A stretch of 64,000 bases of DNA from Patescibacteria group bacterium (GCA_038064855.1 JBBTSE010000002.1:8530-72529), one strand, 5' to 3'. Positions 18,999-27,871 are shown, counted from the stretch's first letter. Numbers and translations are program-made. The notes: generated by a model not told the origin, from the letters alone.

Positions 18999-19211
18999 AT
19001 GCGCAGGTTTCTTGTTGGATCGATCGTGACTGTCGTTCTCGGATATTCAGCCTTCCCGCTGCAGGGGAGCACGCAAGCGGAGATCGCACCCGTCGTTCCT
19101 GATATCGTCGAGAGGAGCGGCTGCTGCTCATGGCACGGCGGCGTCTGCGGTTGCGACTCTGGGCGCGCCGTGTGTTGCGACGGTATGCTCAGCCCGTCGT
19201 GCGGCTGCTGA
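18999..19211 (+). CDS. Small secreted cysteine-rich peptide (about 70 aa, at least 9 Cys)
   Basis: RBS GAGGAGG precedes ATG. Signal-like MRRFLVGSIVTVVLGYSAFPLQGSTQA, then SGCCSWHGGVCGCDSGRAVCCDGMLSPSCGC. Confidence 0.45.
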   Translation: MRRFLVGSIVTVVLGYSAFPLQGSTQAEIAPVVPDIVERSGCCSWHGGVCGCDSGRAVCCDGMLSPSCGC

Positions 19212-19238
19212 TGGCGCGGTGACCGGCCATCTCGGAAT

Positions 19239-20456
19239 TCAAGCGATGTCGCGAGGTGCCAGCGTCTCCGCGCTGAATGGGTGCGTCTGGATGCCGAGGG
19301 TCATGAGCTTCAGGTAGATCTCGTGGTTCGGCAGGTAGACGAGATCGCCCTCCGAGATCTCGGGGTAGAACTCGCGCGCGACGATCTCGGCATCGGCCAA
19401 GCCGATCCGAAACGAGATGATCGTGCCGACGTTGCCGATGATCGCGTCGCGGATCTCCGGTGCCAACTGCGAGAGGTACTGGTGCGCGAGCACCAACCCC
19501 ACGCGGTACTTGCGGAGCTCCGAGAGCATGTTCGCGAGCGAGAGGGTCGTGAAGTTCTGGAACTCGTCGAGGTAGACCCAGAAGTGTCGCCGCTCGGTCT
19601 CCGGGATCTCCGCTCGGCCGAAGGCGGCGTTGCCGATCGACGAGACAAGTAGCGATCCCAAGAGGTTCGCGGTGTCCTCGCCGATCTTCCCCTTGGCGAG
19701 GTTGACCAGCAGGATCTTGCCCTCGTCCATGACGCGCCGAAGATCGAGGCCTTCTCCCTTGCCGTTCAAGATCCCGTAGAGGAGGGGGTTGGCAAGGAAC
19801 GCCCCCACCTTGTTTTGGATTGGTGCGATCGCCTCGGCGCGAAACCGATCCGGATACCCCGGAAATTCCCGCAGCCAGAAGGACCGGACCTGCGGGTTCT
19901 CGACTCGTTGTCCGACGCCTCGCCGGTAGTCGTCGTCCGAGAGCAGGCGAAGGACATCCGCGAGCACCGGCTTCTCCTGGTCGAGAAGCGCCAAGAGCGC
20001 ATTCCGCAGGATGTGCTCGAGGCGCGGTCCCCAGGAGTCAGCCCACAGCTTTCGGAACACCTCGAGCATCGCGGAGGCGGCAAGTGACCTCTTCTCGAAG
20101 GGAACCCCGCCGAGCGGGTTGAAGGAGAGGGTCCGCGATCGGTCAGGCACGTCGAAGTAGATGACATCGCCCTTGCGCTCGTCGGGGACCGCGCCGAGCA
20201 CGCGCTCGACCAGATCTCCGTGGGGATCGACCAGGGCGAAGCCGTAGCCTGCACGAAGATCATCCCGCATCAAGGTTTCAAGGAGCGTCGACTTTCCGGT
20301 TCCCGTCTTGCCAAGCATATATATATGGAAGAGCCGATCGGTGGTCCGAATCCCGAAGGGCCTGTGTTCTGTGCGAAAGTTCGTCCGGGCGAAGACGGCA
20401 AGGTGGTTCTGGGTGTGGTGCATCCTCACCCATGATCGAGCCCATCGCTCCAGCAC
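19239..20456 (-). CDS. TraD/TrwB-like P-loop ATPase (short paralog of the 4978-8067 product, ATPase core only)
   Basis: Walker A MLGKTGTGKSTLLETL, DPHGDL, Walker B VYLDEFQNF, LVLAHQ. About 40% identity with the giant ATPase is apparent by eye. Confidence 0.8.
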   Translation of the reverse strand: MLERWARSWVRMHHTQNHLAVFARTNFRTEHRPFGIRTTDRLFHIYMLGKTGTGKSTLLETLMRDDLRAGYGFALVDPHGDLVERVLGAVPDERKGDVIYFDVPDRSRTLSFNPLGGVPFEKRSLAASAMLEVFRKLWADSWGPRLEHILRNALLALLDQEKPVLADVLRLLSDDDYRRGVGQRVENPQVRSFWLREFPGYPDRFRAEAIAPIQNKVGAFLANPLLYGILNGKGEGLDLRRVMDEGKILLVNLAKGKIGEDTANLLGSLLVSSIGNAAFGRAEIPETERRHFWVYLDEFQNFTTLSLANMLSELRKYRVGLVLAHQYLSQLAPEIRDAIIGNVGTIISFRIGLADAEIVAREFYPEISEGDLVYLPNHEIYLKLMTLGIQTHPFSAETLAPRDIA

Positions 20457-20560
20457 ACGAGACGGGAGGACTTGCCGTTCGCGGCAACATGCCCCGTCTA
20501 CTCGGCCCGCTCCATCCTCCTACGCTGAAGGCAGACGCTCTTTGGACAAAGGAGGATACG

Positions 20561-21100
20561 ATGAGCCAGGAGCAGAACGGTCGGACGCGATCGGCCGCAA
20601 GAGGTCCGGTCGCCCAGATGCGGGTGAAGCGAAGCGTGAGCCCCGACGGCAGGATCGACTCGCTCTCGGTCGAGATCACCTCGCCCCTCGAGAGTCTTGC
20701 GCCAGATGAACTCACGCGATGCGCGAAAGAGATCATCGCCAGCGAGGCCGAGGTCGTCGAGGTCTTTCTCGGGAAGCAGCAGGCGGAAACCCTCCCTCGG
20801 TCGAAGTCGCGAGCGAACGGCAACGGAGCCAAGGGAACCCCGGCCCAGATGCTGTCAGTCGGCGGCATGGACACCGAGTGGGGTAGGCGCCTCTTCATCA
20901 CCTTCAAGGTGAATGGGGAGACCGCCCGCGTGTTCGGCTCGACGCGGAAGGTTGCGGGCCTGCTCGCCTCGGCCGGCACGCCCCTCGAGGAGTCGGCGAT
21001 CGAAGAGGGTCTTGATCTGAACATCCCGTGCAGGGTCCTCACGGGCAAGACCAAGGACGGCCGCTACCTCTCGATCGAGAAGGTGCTGCCGGCGACCTAA
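20561..21100 (+). CDS. Hypothetical protein
   Basis: RBS aaggagga precedes ATG (MSQEQNGRT...). Divergent from the ATPase paralog. Confidence 0.45.
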   Translation: MSQEQNGRTRSAARGPVAQMRVKRSVSPDGRIDSLSVEITSPLESLAPDELTRCAKEIIASEAEVVEVFLGKQQAETLPRSKSRANGNGAKGTPAQMLSVGGMDTEWGRRLFITFKVNGETARVFGSTRKVAGLLASAGTPLEESAIEEGLDLNIPCRVLTGKTKDGRYLSIEKVLPAT

Positions 21101-21212
21101 CCCACAAGGCCAGACGTTCCTCGGAGCGTCTGGCCTCTTTTTCAAGCTGGTTCCGGAAGGCAAAGAAAAAGCCGATTGGTTGGTCCAGTCGGCGGGGCGT
21201 ACCCGATTCGGG

Positions 21213-21461
21213 TCAGGAAAGGAGCGAGAGACGCCTGAGGTCGTCCTCCGTCCAGCGGGCTTGGAGTTCGATCATGCTCCGGAGAGTCTTTGGCGGGAAA
21301 GTGTCGCCAGAGTGGTGGAAGGTCACGGTGACGCGGCGCCCGTCAGCATGCGTGTAGTGGCGGTGGCTGCCGCGCTGGCGATCGAGAGTGAACCCGTCGG
21401 CGAGAAGAGCTCGAACGAGTTCGCGGGCTGTGAGGGAGCGGAGTCGGCTGTAGTCGATCAT
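21213..21461 (-). CDS. hicA: HicA-family mRNA interferase toxin
   Basis: RELVRALLADGFTLDRQRGSHRHYTHADGRRVTVTFHHSGDTFPPKTLRSMIEL matches the YcfA/HicA GSH...H motif pattern. Confidence 0.8.
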   Translation of the reverse strand: MIDYSRLRSLTARELVRALLADGFTLDRQRGSHRHYTHADGRRVTVTFHHSGDTFPPKTLRSMIELQARWTEDDLRRLSLLS

Positions 21462-21739
21462 CCGATGGTGACGGCCACCACGGGTTCATCCAGTACCTTG
21501 ACGTCTGCTGGCAAGGCCTCGCCGTCCTCGAGAAGGCTCTCGAGAACCATCTGGGCAACCTCCTCGATATTGCGGAGCGCCTCGTCCTTGGTCTTGCCCC
21601 ACGTGGCGGCACCCCTCGCCTCGAGGGCGGGGACGTAGGCGCGCCAAGCGTCAGCGTCCGGCTCAACGACGACCGGGAAGACATACGACTTCACGATTCC
21701 ACCTCCTTTCTTGAGGATCTGGGTTGATTCCATACCCAA
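21458..21739 (-). CDS. hicB: HicB-family antitoxin
   Basis: YVFPVVVEPDADAWRAYVPALEARGAATWGKTKDEALRNIEEVAQMVLESLLEDGEALP is the UPF0150/HicB fold signature. There is a 4-nt overlap with hicA. Confidence 0.75.
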   Translation of the reverse strand: MGMESTQILKKGGGIVKSYVFPVVVEPDADAWRAYVPALEARGAATWGKTKDEALRNIEEVAQMVLESLLEDGEALPADVKVLDEPVVAVTIG

Positions 21740-21909
21740 GTGTAGGGAGACCGGCCAACAGTGTCAACCTATGTTTAGTAGCTTGTAAAGAACGCCGCGC
21801 TCTTCTCCTGATTGTCCACGTGACGATGAAGCCCTGCATGCTCGTAGTGTTGTTTGTAAGGAGTACGAGGTCGCCGATTTGGCGATTCACTTCCGAGCCG
21901 GAACGTCTC

Positions 21910-22593
21910 CTACTTGTGGCGGGTATCGGTCGATCGGGAGGGTTGGACGAAGCCGACAGGACTCTTCTCGACGCGGGCTGGTGGCAGTTTTGTCGTCCCG
22001 AGATCTTCGCCAACGCGGTCGAGGACTTCCTTGATCCCGGGAATCCATGGGACGCTTTGACGGAGCGGGAGATCGAACCAACGGAAGGACGAGAACTCTC
22101 GGAAATTTAGCTTCACTGCTCCCTTGTTGGCGAGGCAGAGAAAGCGGATGCCGGGGATGACTCGCTGTTCGGTAGGCACGTGGATTGAGTACGCCTCGAG
22201 AATCTGTCTCGGCTCAATGGCGAGTCCGAGTTCTTCGAAGATCTGCCGCTTGATGGCAGCTTCGAAGCTCTCTCCGGGGAGCACCGAACCACCGCCACAT
22301 TCCCAGTGGCCCGGAAAGAGAGATCGTTCCCGTGAGCGTTTCGCCCCGAGTACCTTCCAGCGTCCCGCATCCTGGCGAACGCAGACGCCCGCGACGTGTA
22401 CCTCGATGAGGGGTGGGCCATCCTCGCGGATGGGAAAGTGTGCGTGCTCAAGCTTCACATTCTCATTATACACCGCCCGTGAAGAATCCAAGCGATCCGA
22501 TATCGGGCGGTCATAGCCTCGGAGCGGGAAGCATCGAGACGGCTCTTGTAGATGTCGCGGATCAGCTTCTTCGCGTCGACGAGTCCTTTCCAT
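21910..22593 (-). CDS. NUDIX hydrolase
   Basis: Nudix box GSVLPGESFEAAIKRQIFEELGL (G-x5-E-x7-R[E/Q]UxEExGU). The start is uncertain (ATG 22593 versus GTG 22458). Confidence 0.55.
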   Translation of the reverse strand: MERTRRREEADPRHLQEPSRCFPLRGYDRPISDRLDSSRAVYNENVKLEHAHFPIREDGPPLIEVHVAGVCVRQDAGRWKVLGAKRSRERSLFPGHWECGGGSVLPGESFEAAIKRQIFEELGLAIEPRQILEAYSIHVPTEQRVIPGIRFLCLANKGAVKLNFREFSSFRWFDLPLRQSVPWIPGIKEVLDRVGEDLGTTKLPPARVEKSPVGFVQPSRSTDTRHK

Positions 22594-23115
22594 CCTCCCG
22601 CATGGCGGGGGAGGTTGCCACGAAGGGAACACCACCCCTCTTGGTTCCTGATCGAGCCAGGGTCATACTTGGGCAGCATCACGCGGCGATGCTGCGGCCA
22701 TCGTGTGCTTGAGTGTCGGTGAGTTCTCGTATCTTCGCGAGCGTCGCAAGAGCGGAGGCATCAGCGCTCAGGGCAAGGGTTCGAACGTCCTCTACGTAGG
22801 TCCACATCTCAATAAAGAATCGAACTCCGGACTGCTGGGGGCAGTCCGCGGGCGAGCTGTGGGAGCGAGCAAGATTCTCCCCAGGTCCACCACTTCGCTT
22901 CGGTGTTATGATAATTGTATAGAATCGAAAAAAAATAAAGTTAATCGTCTTGTCTATCGAAGTTAAATTGTGACCATTAAAATAGCTTAGTTTATATGAT
23001 TCCCCTCTTAAATATGGCATTTCACGTGAAATATTGGACATTTCTGTGTATATCTATTGGACATTGTGGATAAAGGACATTAAAATCATGTCTTTTATGT
23101 CCTTTTGCCTTATGT

Positions 23116-23625
23116 ATGCCTCAATATAGCGAAAAGCGTCGTATAGGGAACATTGCCGAAGACGTATCGGTGGTGTTTCTTGTGAAAAGCGGTCATATGG
23201 TTTTAGATAGAAACTATCTAAAGAAGTGGGGCGAACTCGATATTGTATCGGTTGACCGATCCGATACTATCCATTTTATAGAGGTTAAGTCTAAAACTAT
23301 CGGCTTTTCACGTGAAATGAATATAGATAATACTCAAAATTTAGTTTCACGACAAGTTTCACAAAAAAGTTTCACAGCAAATACATTTAAAATAGAGCTT
23401 TCACGTGAAAGCATTGATGAGGAAAGTGATGGATATCGACCAGAAGATAATGTCCATTACTTTAAGCAGAAGCGCATGATGCGGGCGATCGAGTCATATA
23501 TAATGGAAAACGAAAGTAAGATGGGGGATAGAGAGTGGCAGATTGATGTTTTGGCCGTAGCCCTCGATTTTTCACGGGAAACGGCTATAATGAGGCATAT
23601 TGAAAATGTGATTTTTGATATATAG
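23116..23625 (+). CDS. yraN: YraN/UPF0102 family endonuclease-like protein with about 60-aa internal insertion
   Basis: RRIGNIAEDVSVVFLVKSGHMVLDRNYLKKWGELDIVSVD...IHFIEVKSK and C-terminal REWQIDVLAVALD match UPF0102. The insertion is encoded by TTTCAC/GTGAAA repeats. Confidence 0.55.
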   Translation: MPQYSEKRRIGNIAEDVSVVFLVKSGHMVLDRNYLKKWGELDIVSVDRSDTIHFIEVKSKTIGFSREMNIDNTQNLVSRQVSQKSFTANTFKIELSRESIDEESDGYRPEDNVHYFKQKRMMRAIESYIMENESKMGDREWQIDVLAVALDFSRETAIMRHIENVIFDI

Positions 23626-23660
23626 TCGTGTGAGACTATTTTTCACGTGAAAGCATGATT

Positions 23661-23734
23661 CGGAGTGTAGTATACCGGTAGTACGTCTGCTTTGGGAGCA
23701 GATAGACTGGGTTCGATTCCCAGCACTCCGACAA
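23661..23734 (+). tRNA. tRNA-Pro (anticodon TGG)
   Basis: Acceptor CGGAGTG/CACTCCG, anticodon arm TCTGC-TTTGGGA-GCAGA, T-arm CTGGG-TTCGATT-CCCAG, discriminator A. CCA is not encoded. Confidence 0.7.
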
Positions 23735-23988
23735 TTCATAATAAAAGGGAATCGAAGGGAAGTCTGGGAGACTTCCCCAGCTCCGCACTAAGCGAAGCGC
23801 AGAAGGAGGATTCCCAGCCCGCCCAGGGCGAGGCAGGCACTCCGACAGTCTCTATGGGGCTTGCAAATAAGTTGTTTTTGTGATATAGTTTTTTCGACAC
23901 TTTAGGCCCTTGAGAACTGAATAATATAGGATTAACGCATTCAGAGAGAATCTCGGATGCTTACAGAGAAGAGAAAAGGAAGGAGAGA

Positions 23989-25353
23989 ATGGTTATGAAG
24001 CGTTCACTGTTCGGATTTTTGGTGGTTCTCATGTTCGTGCCGCACTTTGCTGGCGCGAGTGAGATGCCCCGTAACCTCGAAGACTACTGTGTCTTCGCGA
24101 ACAAGAAGTTGCTGCTTGGCACCAACGCCGCCATCATCGGTGGTAGTGCTGGCGTCAATCGCGTGATAGAACGAGCGTCGCGGTTTTCGATGGTGATGCA
24201 ATCGCACTCCATCGTCGACCCCAGCTTCCCAGTCGCCGCCTCGTCGATCAAGATGGTCGACTACGCGACGGTAGGGGGTCTGTTTAGGGATTTCCTCACG
24301 AGAGTGGGGATCGTCAACGTCAACTGGGAGTTCGATGGTGATTTCCCTGTCCTTACCTTGCCCGACCTCCCATTCTTCTTGCCGGAGGACATTCACATCA
24401 TCCCGCAAGAAGGGACGACATGGCTCGGACCCGGCCGGTATGGAATCCTCGAAGTAGGACCCGGCGCGACCGTCGTTCTGACGGGCGGCGAGTATCACTT
24501 TCTGCAGACCTGGTTTCGTGCCGGTTCGCAGTTCTACTACGAGAATCCAGTCGAGGTCAGGGTGCAGGGAAAATTCATGGGCGACGAAGGCATCGTCGTC
24601 CGCTCTGCGCCTTGGGCTGATGTACTACCACACGATGCAAACTTCGTGGTAGGTGGTGCGATGGCGACCTTTGGACCCTATGGTTCATACGATGGGATGT
24701 TCTATGCCCCGCGCAGTAGCATTCGAGTCCAGAGGCAGACTACGATCACGGGTCAGGTGGTTGGTAACAAGGTTCGGTTCTCCGATAACGTTCGGTGCAT
24801 TTGGGCGGCGGGAATCGTACCAACACCAACACCGAGCCCAACTCCAACTCCTATGGCGACCCCGACACGGACTCCCACACCCACTCCTACTCTCACGCCG
24901 ACACCAACTCGTACGCCCACACCGACGGCAACACAGGTTCCAACTCCTACTCCGGCGCCTACGGCGACACCCACTCCGACCCCGACTCCCACACGCACGC
25001 CAAGTCCGACTGTAGCGCCTACGGCGACTCCCAGTCCCACGCCAGTACCTACTGCAACCCCGACAGGAACTCCTACGCCGACCGCGGTACCAACACAAAC
25101 GCCGCCAGTATGCATCCCAAGCGCAGAAGTGTGCAACGGGCGTGACGATGACTGCGATACCAAGATCGACGAGGGTAATCCTGGTGGTGGCATCTCGTGT
25201 AGTACCGGGAACCTCGGTGTGTGCGCGGCGGGTGTGACCAAGTGCCACCAAGGCAATGTGATCTGCACACAGAACACGGGCGCCTTCCCCGAGATCTGTA
25301 CCGATCAGCTCGACAACGACTGCGATGGTACGGTCAACGACGGATGCCCGTAA
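23989..25353 (+). CDS. Secreted protein with about 100-aa Pro/Thr-rich linker and C-terminal MopE-like putative metal-binding Cys motif
   Basis: RBS aaggaaggagaga. Signal [21 protein letters not shown]. (TPTP)n linker. C-terminal [15 protein letters not shown]...[18 protein letters not shown]. Confidence 0.7.
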   Translation: MVMKRSLFGFLVVLMFVPHFAGASEMPRNLEDYCVFANKKLLLGTNAAIIGGSAGVNRVIERASRFSMVMQSHSIVDPSFPVAASSIKMVDYATVGGLFRDFLTRVGIVNVNWEFDGDFPVLTLPDLPFFLPEDIHIIPQEGTTWLGPGRYGILEVGPGATVVLTGGEYHFLQTWFRAGSQFYYENPVEVRVQGKFMGDEGIVVRSAPWADVLPHDANFVVGGAMATFGPYGSYDGMFYAPRSSIRVQRQTTITGQVVGNKVRFSDNVRCIWAAGIVPTPTPSPTPTPMATPTRTPTPTPTLTPTPTRTPTPTATQVPTPTPAPTATPTPTPTPTRTPSPTVAPTATPSPTPVPTATPTGTPTPTAVPTQTPPVCIPSAEVCNGRDDDCDTKIDEGNPGGGISCSTGNLGVCAAGVTKCHQGNVICTQNTGAFPEICTDQLDNDCDGTVNDGCP

Positions 25354-25414
25354 CCGCTCTTCGAAACCAGAAACCAAACCATAGAAGGGCAAACCCTTCG
25401 AATCACAGCCCAGT

Positions 25415-25452
25415 GCGCTCCAATGCGTGCTGGGCTTTTTCATTGCTGGGGA
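25415..25452 (+). terminator. Rho-independent terminator
   Basis: cagcccagtgcgctccaatgcgtgctgggctttttc: GC-rich stem followed by a T run. Confidence 0.5.
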
Positions 25453-25596
25453 GTATTGACTTTTTCGTTAAAAAATGTTAAAGTTTCTCCGTTATATCGG
25501 CTCCTTAAAAACTTCATAGCGACGAGCAAGATACTCAATTTCAGCAAATAAACTTATTACTGGATTCGAAAAAAAATAAACTAGAAACAATATCTT

Positions 25597-27861
25597 ATGA
25601 AGAAGGGAATACTTTCCGTATTCTTTTCTCTTGCATTGGTATTTTTCCCAGTACTCGCACACGCAGAAGATATTAGTGAAAATAATCTTCCGCAGTGGTT
25701 TGGGCTCTCATCTACCTCTGTAGGGGTAGGAGATCCAGTGGAGTTCACAATTGGCGTAAATGATTTGGATGGCGATCCTCTCACTGTTACGACCGAACTT
25801 CCTGATGGTGCATCGTACGACTTGCCGACGGGTATCTTTTCATGGACGCCAAGCGCGGCTGGTATTTACACTGCTAACTTTTCAGCGAATGACGGTCATG
25901 GTGTAGGCTCACATCTTGTAACAATCGAAGTTAATGCAGTAAACAACCTTCCTGTTTGGTCAGGTCCTCGTAGTGCAACGACAACCGTCGGCACTCTCAT
26001 CAATTATGTAATTGGCGTGAATGATCTCGATGGTGACGCGTTGACTATTACGACGACATTGCCTGATGGCGCGTCGTACGATCAATCAACGGGCGTCTTT
26101 TCATGGACACCTACTGCAATTGGTATGTACACTGCGCGCTTCTCAGCTTCAGATGGAAAAGGTGTCGGGGAGCATACACTTACTGTTGAGGTGGTTGAAA
26201 GCTTAAATCATCTCCCTGTTTGGTCAGGTCCTCGTAGTGCAACGACAACTGTCGGCACTCTCATCAATTATACATTTGGTGTGAATGATCTTGACGGCGA
26301 TCCACTTACACTCGAAATCATGCGTCCCGCAGGCGCCACCTATGCCACAAGCACGGGGGCGTTTATCTGGACACCGACAACTCAAGGGCTCTTCGTTGCC
26401 ACATTCATCGCTTCTGATGGTGTTGGTAGCGCAACGCATACATTTACTATTGAGGTCAATGAAGTAACGAGTGGCAATCGCCCTCCGTACTTTGTAAATT
26501 TCAATCCCGGTATTTTTGCGACAGCACTTGAGAAATACGAATATGACGCGAATGCCGAAGATCCCGATGGGGATACTTTGAGCTATTTGCTTACAAAGCG
26601 CCATGTTGGTATGGTGATTGCCACATCAACAGGTGTTATCACATGGACTCCAGAAATAGCACAGGTATCGTCAACGCCATATGACGTTATCGTCGCGGTT
26701 ACAGATGGTACCTATACGGTCACTGAAGATTTTAAAATCACAGTTACCCAAAACCATCTTCCTGTTTGGTCAGGTCCTCGTAGTGCAACGACAACCATAG
26801 ATACTCTGGTCATGTTCACCATCGGAGTAAATGATCTCGATGGCGATCCGCTCAAGCTTTCACTTGTGCGGCCCGTAGGATCAGTATATGCCACGAGCAC
26901 AGGCGTCTTTATGTGGACGCCAACCATGATCGGTACCACTGATGTTTTATTCAGTGCGTACGATGGCACGGGTACATCAACACACAAAACTACTATTGAA
27001 GTAGTAAGTGGCAATCACCCGCCCATCTGGTCAGGTCCTCGTAGTGCAACGACAACCGTCGGCACTCTCATCAATTATACATTTGGTGTGAATGATCTTG
27101 ACGGCGATCCACTTACACTCGAAATCATGCGTCCAGCAGGCGCCACCTATGCCACAAGCACAGGGGTGTTCTCATGGACGCCGGGTGCAACTGGCACTTT
27201 TATCGCAAAGTTCACTGCAAGCGATGATAAATTTGCTACCAGCACCCACACATTTACTATCGAAGTGAATCCCAAGCCAGTAGATCCTCCACCACCACCC
27301 CCACCGCCACCCGGCGGAGGGGGAGGCGGAGGCGGTGGAGGAGGCGGAGGCAATGGGCCTCCATGCCTCATCAATAATAGTTGTAACACTCCACCAGCAC
27401 CCGCACTTCCACCCCCACCTGCACCGAGTACTCCCGTAAATAATCCAGTTCCTTCACAACCAAACCCCAGCCCACGACCCGTGCAGCCAACGCCAGCCAT
27501 ACGGCCGGCACCTGCACCAGATCTTGCTCTCGTATCAAACCTGATTGCGACGACGACGCCCGCTGAAGGCCCGTCGCTTGCGTCTGTATTACTTGCGGGA
27601 TTATTCAACTTCTTAGGTTGGCTCCGCTCAAATTGGTGCATCCTTGGTTGGTTGCTCTGGCTTCTCACGCTTCTCGCGTTTATCCTCTATGTGATCTTTA
27701 CGAACACAGACGAAGATGACGAGGAAGTAAAAGAGTCAACGCCACCTAACGGATTGCCAATCATGCCGTTCGATGATGAATCGAATGAGCCGATAAAAGA
27801 AGCTGTATCGGAGAATACGCTCAGCGAATACTGGGAAACAACTCCACAAGAGAATAAGTAA
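25597..27861 (+). CDS. Surface protein with 7 cadherin-like/putative-Ig (He_PIG-type) repeats, poly-Pro/poly-Gly tract and C-terminal membrane anchor
   Basis: Signal MKKGILSVFFSLALVFFPVLAHA. Repeated unit LPVWSGPRSATTTVGTLINY..GVNDLDGDPLT...TG.FSWTP...G.Y.A.F.ASDG. PPPPPPPPPGGGGGGGGGGGGG, then a C-terminal hydrophobic anchor and an acidic tail. Confidence 0.75.
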   Translation: MKKGILSVFFSLALVFFPVLAHAEDISENNLPQWFGLSSTSVGVGDPVEFTIGVNDLDGDPLTVTTELPDGASYDLPTGIFSWTPSAAGIYTANFSANDGHGVGSHLVTIEVNAVNNLPVWSGPRSATTTVGTLINYVIGVNDLDGDALTITTTLPDGASYDQSTGVFSWTPTAIGMYTARFSASDGKGVGEHTLTVEVVESLNHLPVWSGPRSATTTVGTLINYTFGVNDLDGDPLTLEIMRPAGATYATSTGAFIWTPTTQGLFVATFIASDGVGSATHTFTIEVNEVTSGNRPPYFVNFNPGIFATALEKYEYDANAEDPDGDTLSYLLTKRHVGMVIATSTGVITWTPEIAQVSSTPYDVIVAVTDGTYTVTEDFKITVTQNHLPVWSGPRSATTTIDTLVMFTIGVNDLDGDPLKLSLVRPVGSVYATSTGVFMWTPTMIGTTDVLFSAYDGTGTSTHKTTIEVVSGNHPPIWSGPRSATTTVGTLINYTFGVNDLDGDPLTLEIMRPAGATYATSTGVFSWTPGATGTFIAKFTASDDKFATSTHTFTIEVNPKPVDPPPPPPPPPGGGGGGGGGGGGGNGPPCLINNSCNTPPAPALPPPPAPSTPVNNPVPSQPNPSPRPVQPTPAIRPAPAPDLALVSNLIATTTPAEGPSLASVLLAGLFNFLGWLRSNWCILGWLLWLLTLLAFILYVIFTNTDEDDEEVKESTPPNGLPIMPFDDESNEPIKEAVSENTLSEYWETTPQENK

Positions 27862-27871
27862 TACTCTATCA

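Noticed and set aside
21724-22110. 128-aa plus-strand ORF overlapping the Nudix gene
   Set aside because: It is antisense to the Nudix box-containing frame.
22679-23041. 120-aa minus-strand ORF spanning the GC junction
   Set aside because: It crosses two compositionally different DNAs and its C-terminal half lies in high-GC non-coding-looking sequence. It is most likely spurious.
24685-25443. Minus-strand ORFs (252 aa and others) opposite the Pro/Thr linker region
   Set aside because: They are a mirror-image translation of a repetitive (ACN CCN)n tract, giving Arg/Gly/Cys-rich nonsense. The plus-strand gene has a signal peptide and RBS.
25597-27861. Possible CRISPR array because of regularly spaced DNA repeats
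   Set aside because: The repeats are about 270 bp apart, encode in-frame protein domains within one long ORF, and lack short invariant repeat/spacer structure. There are no cas genes nearby.
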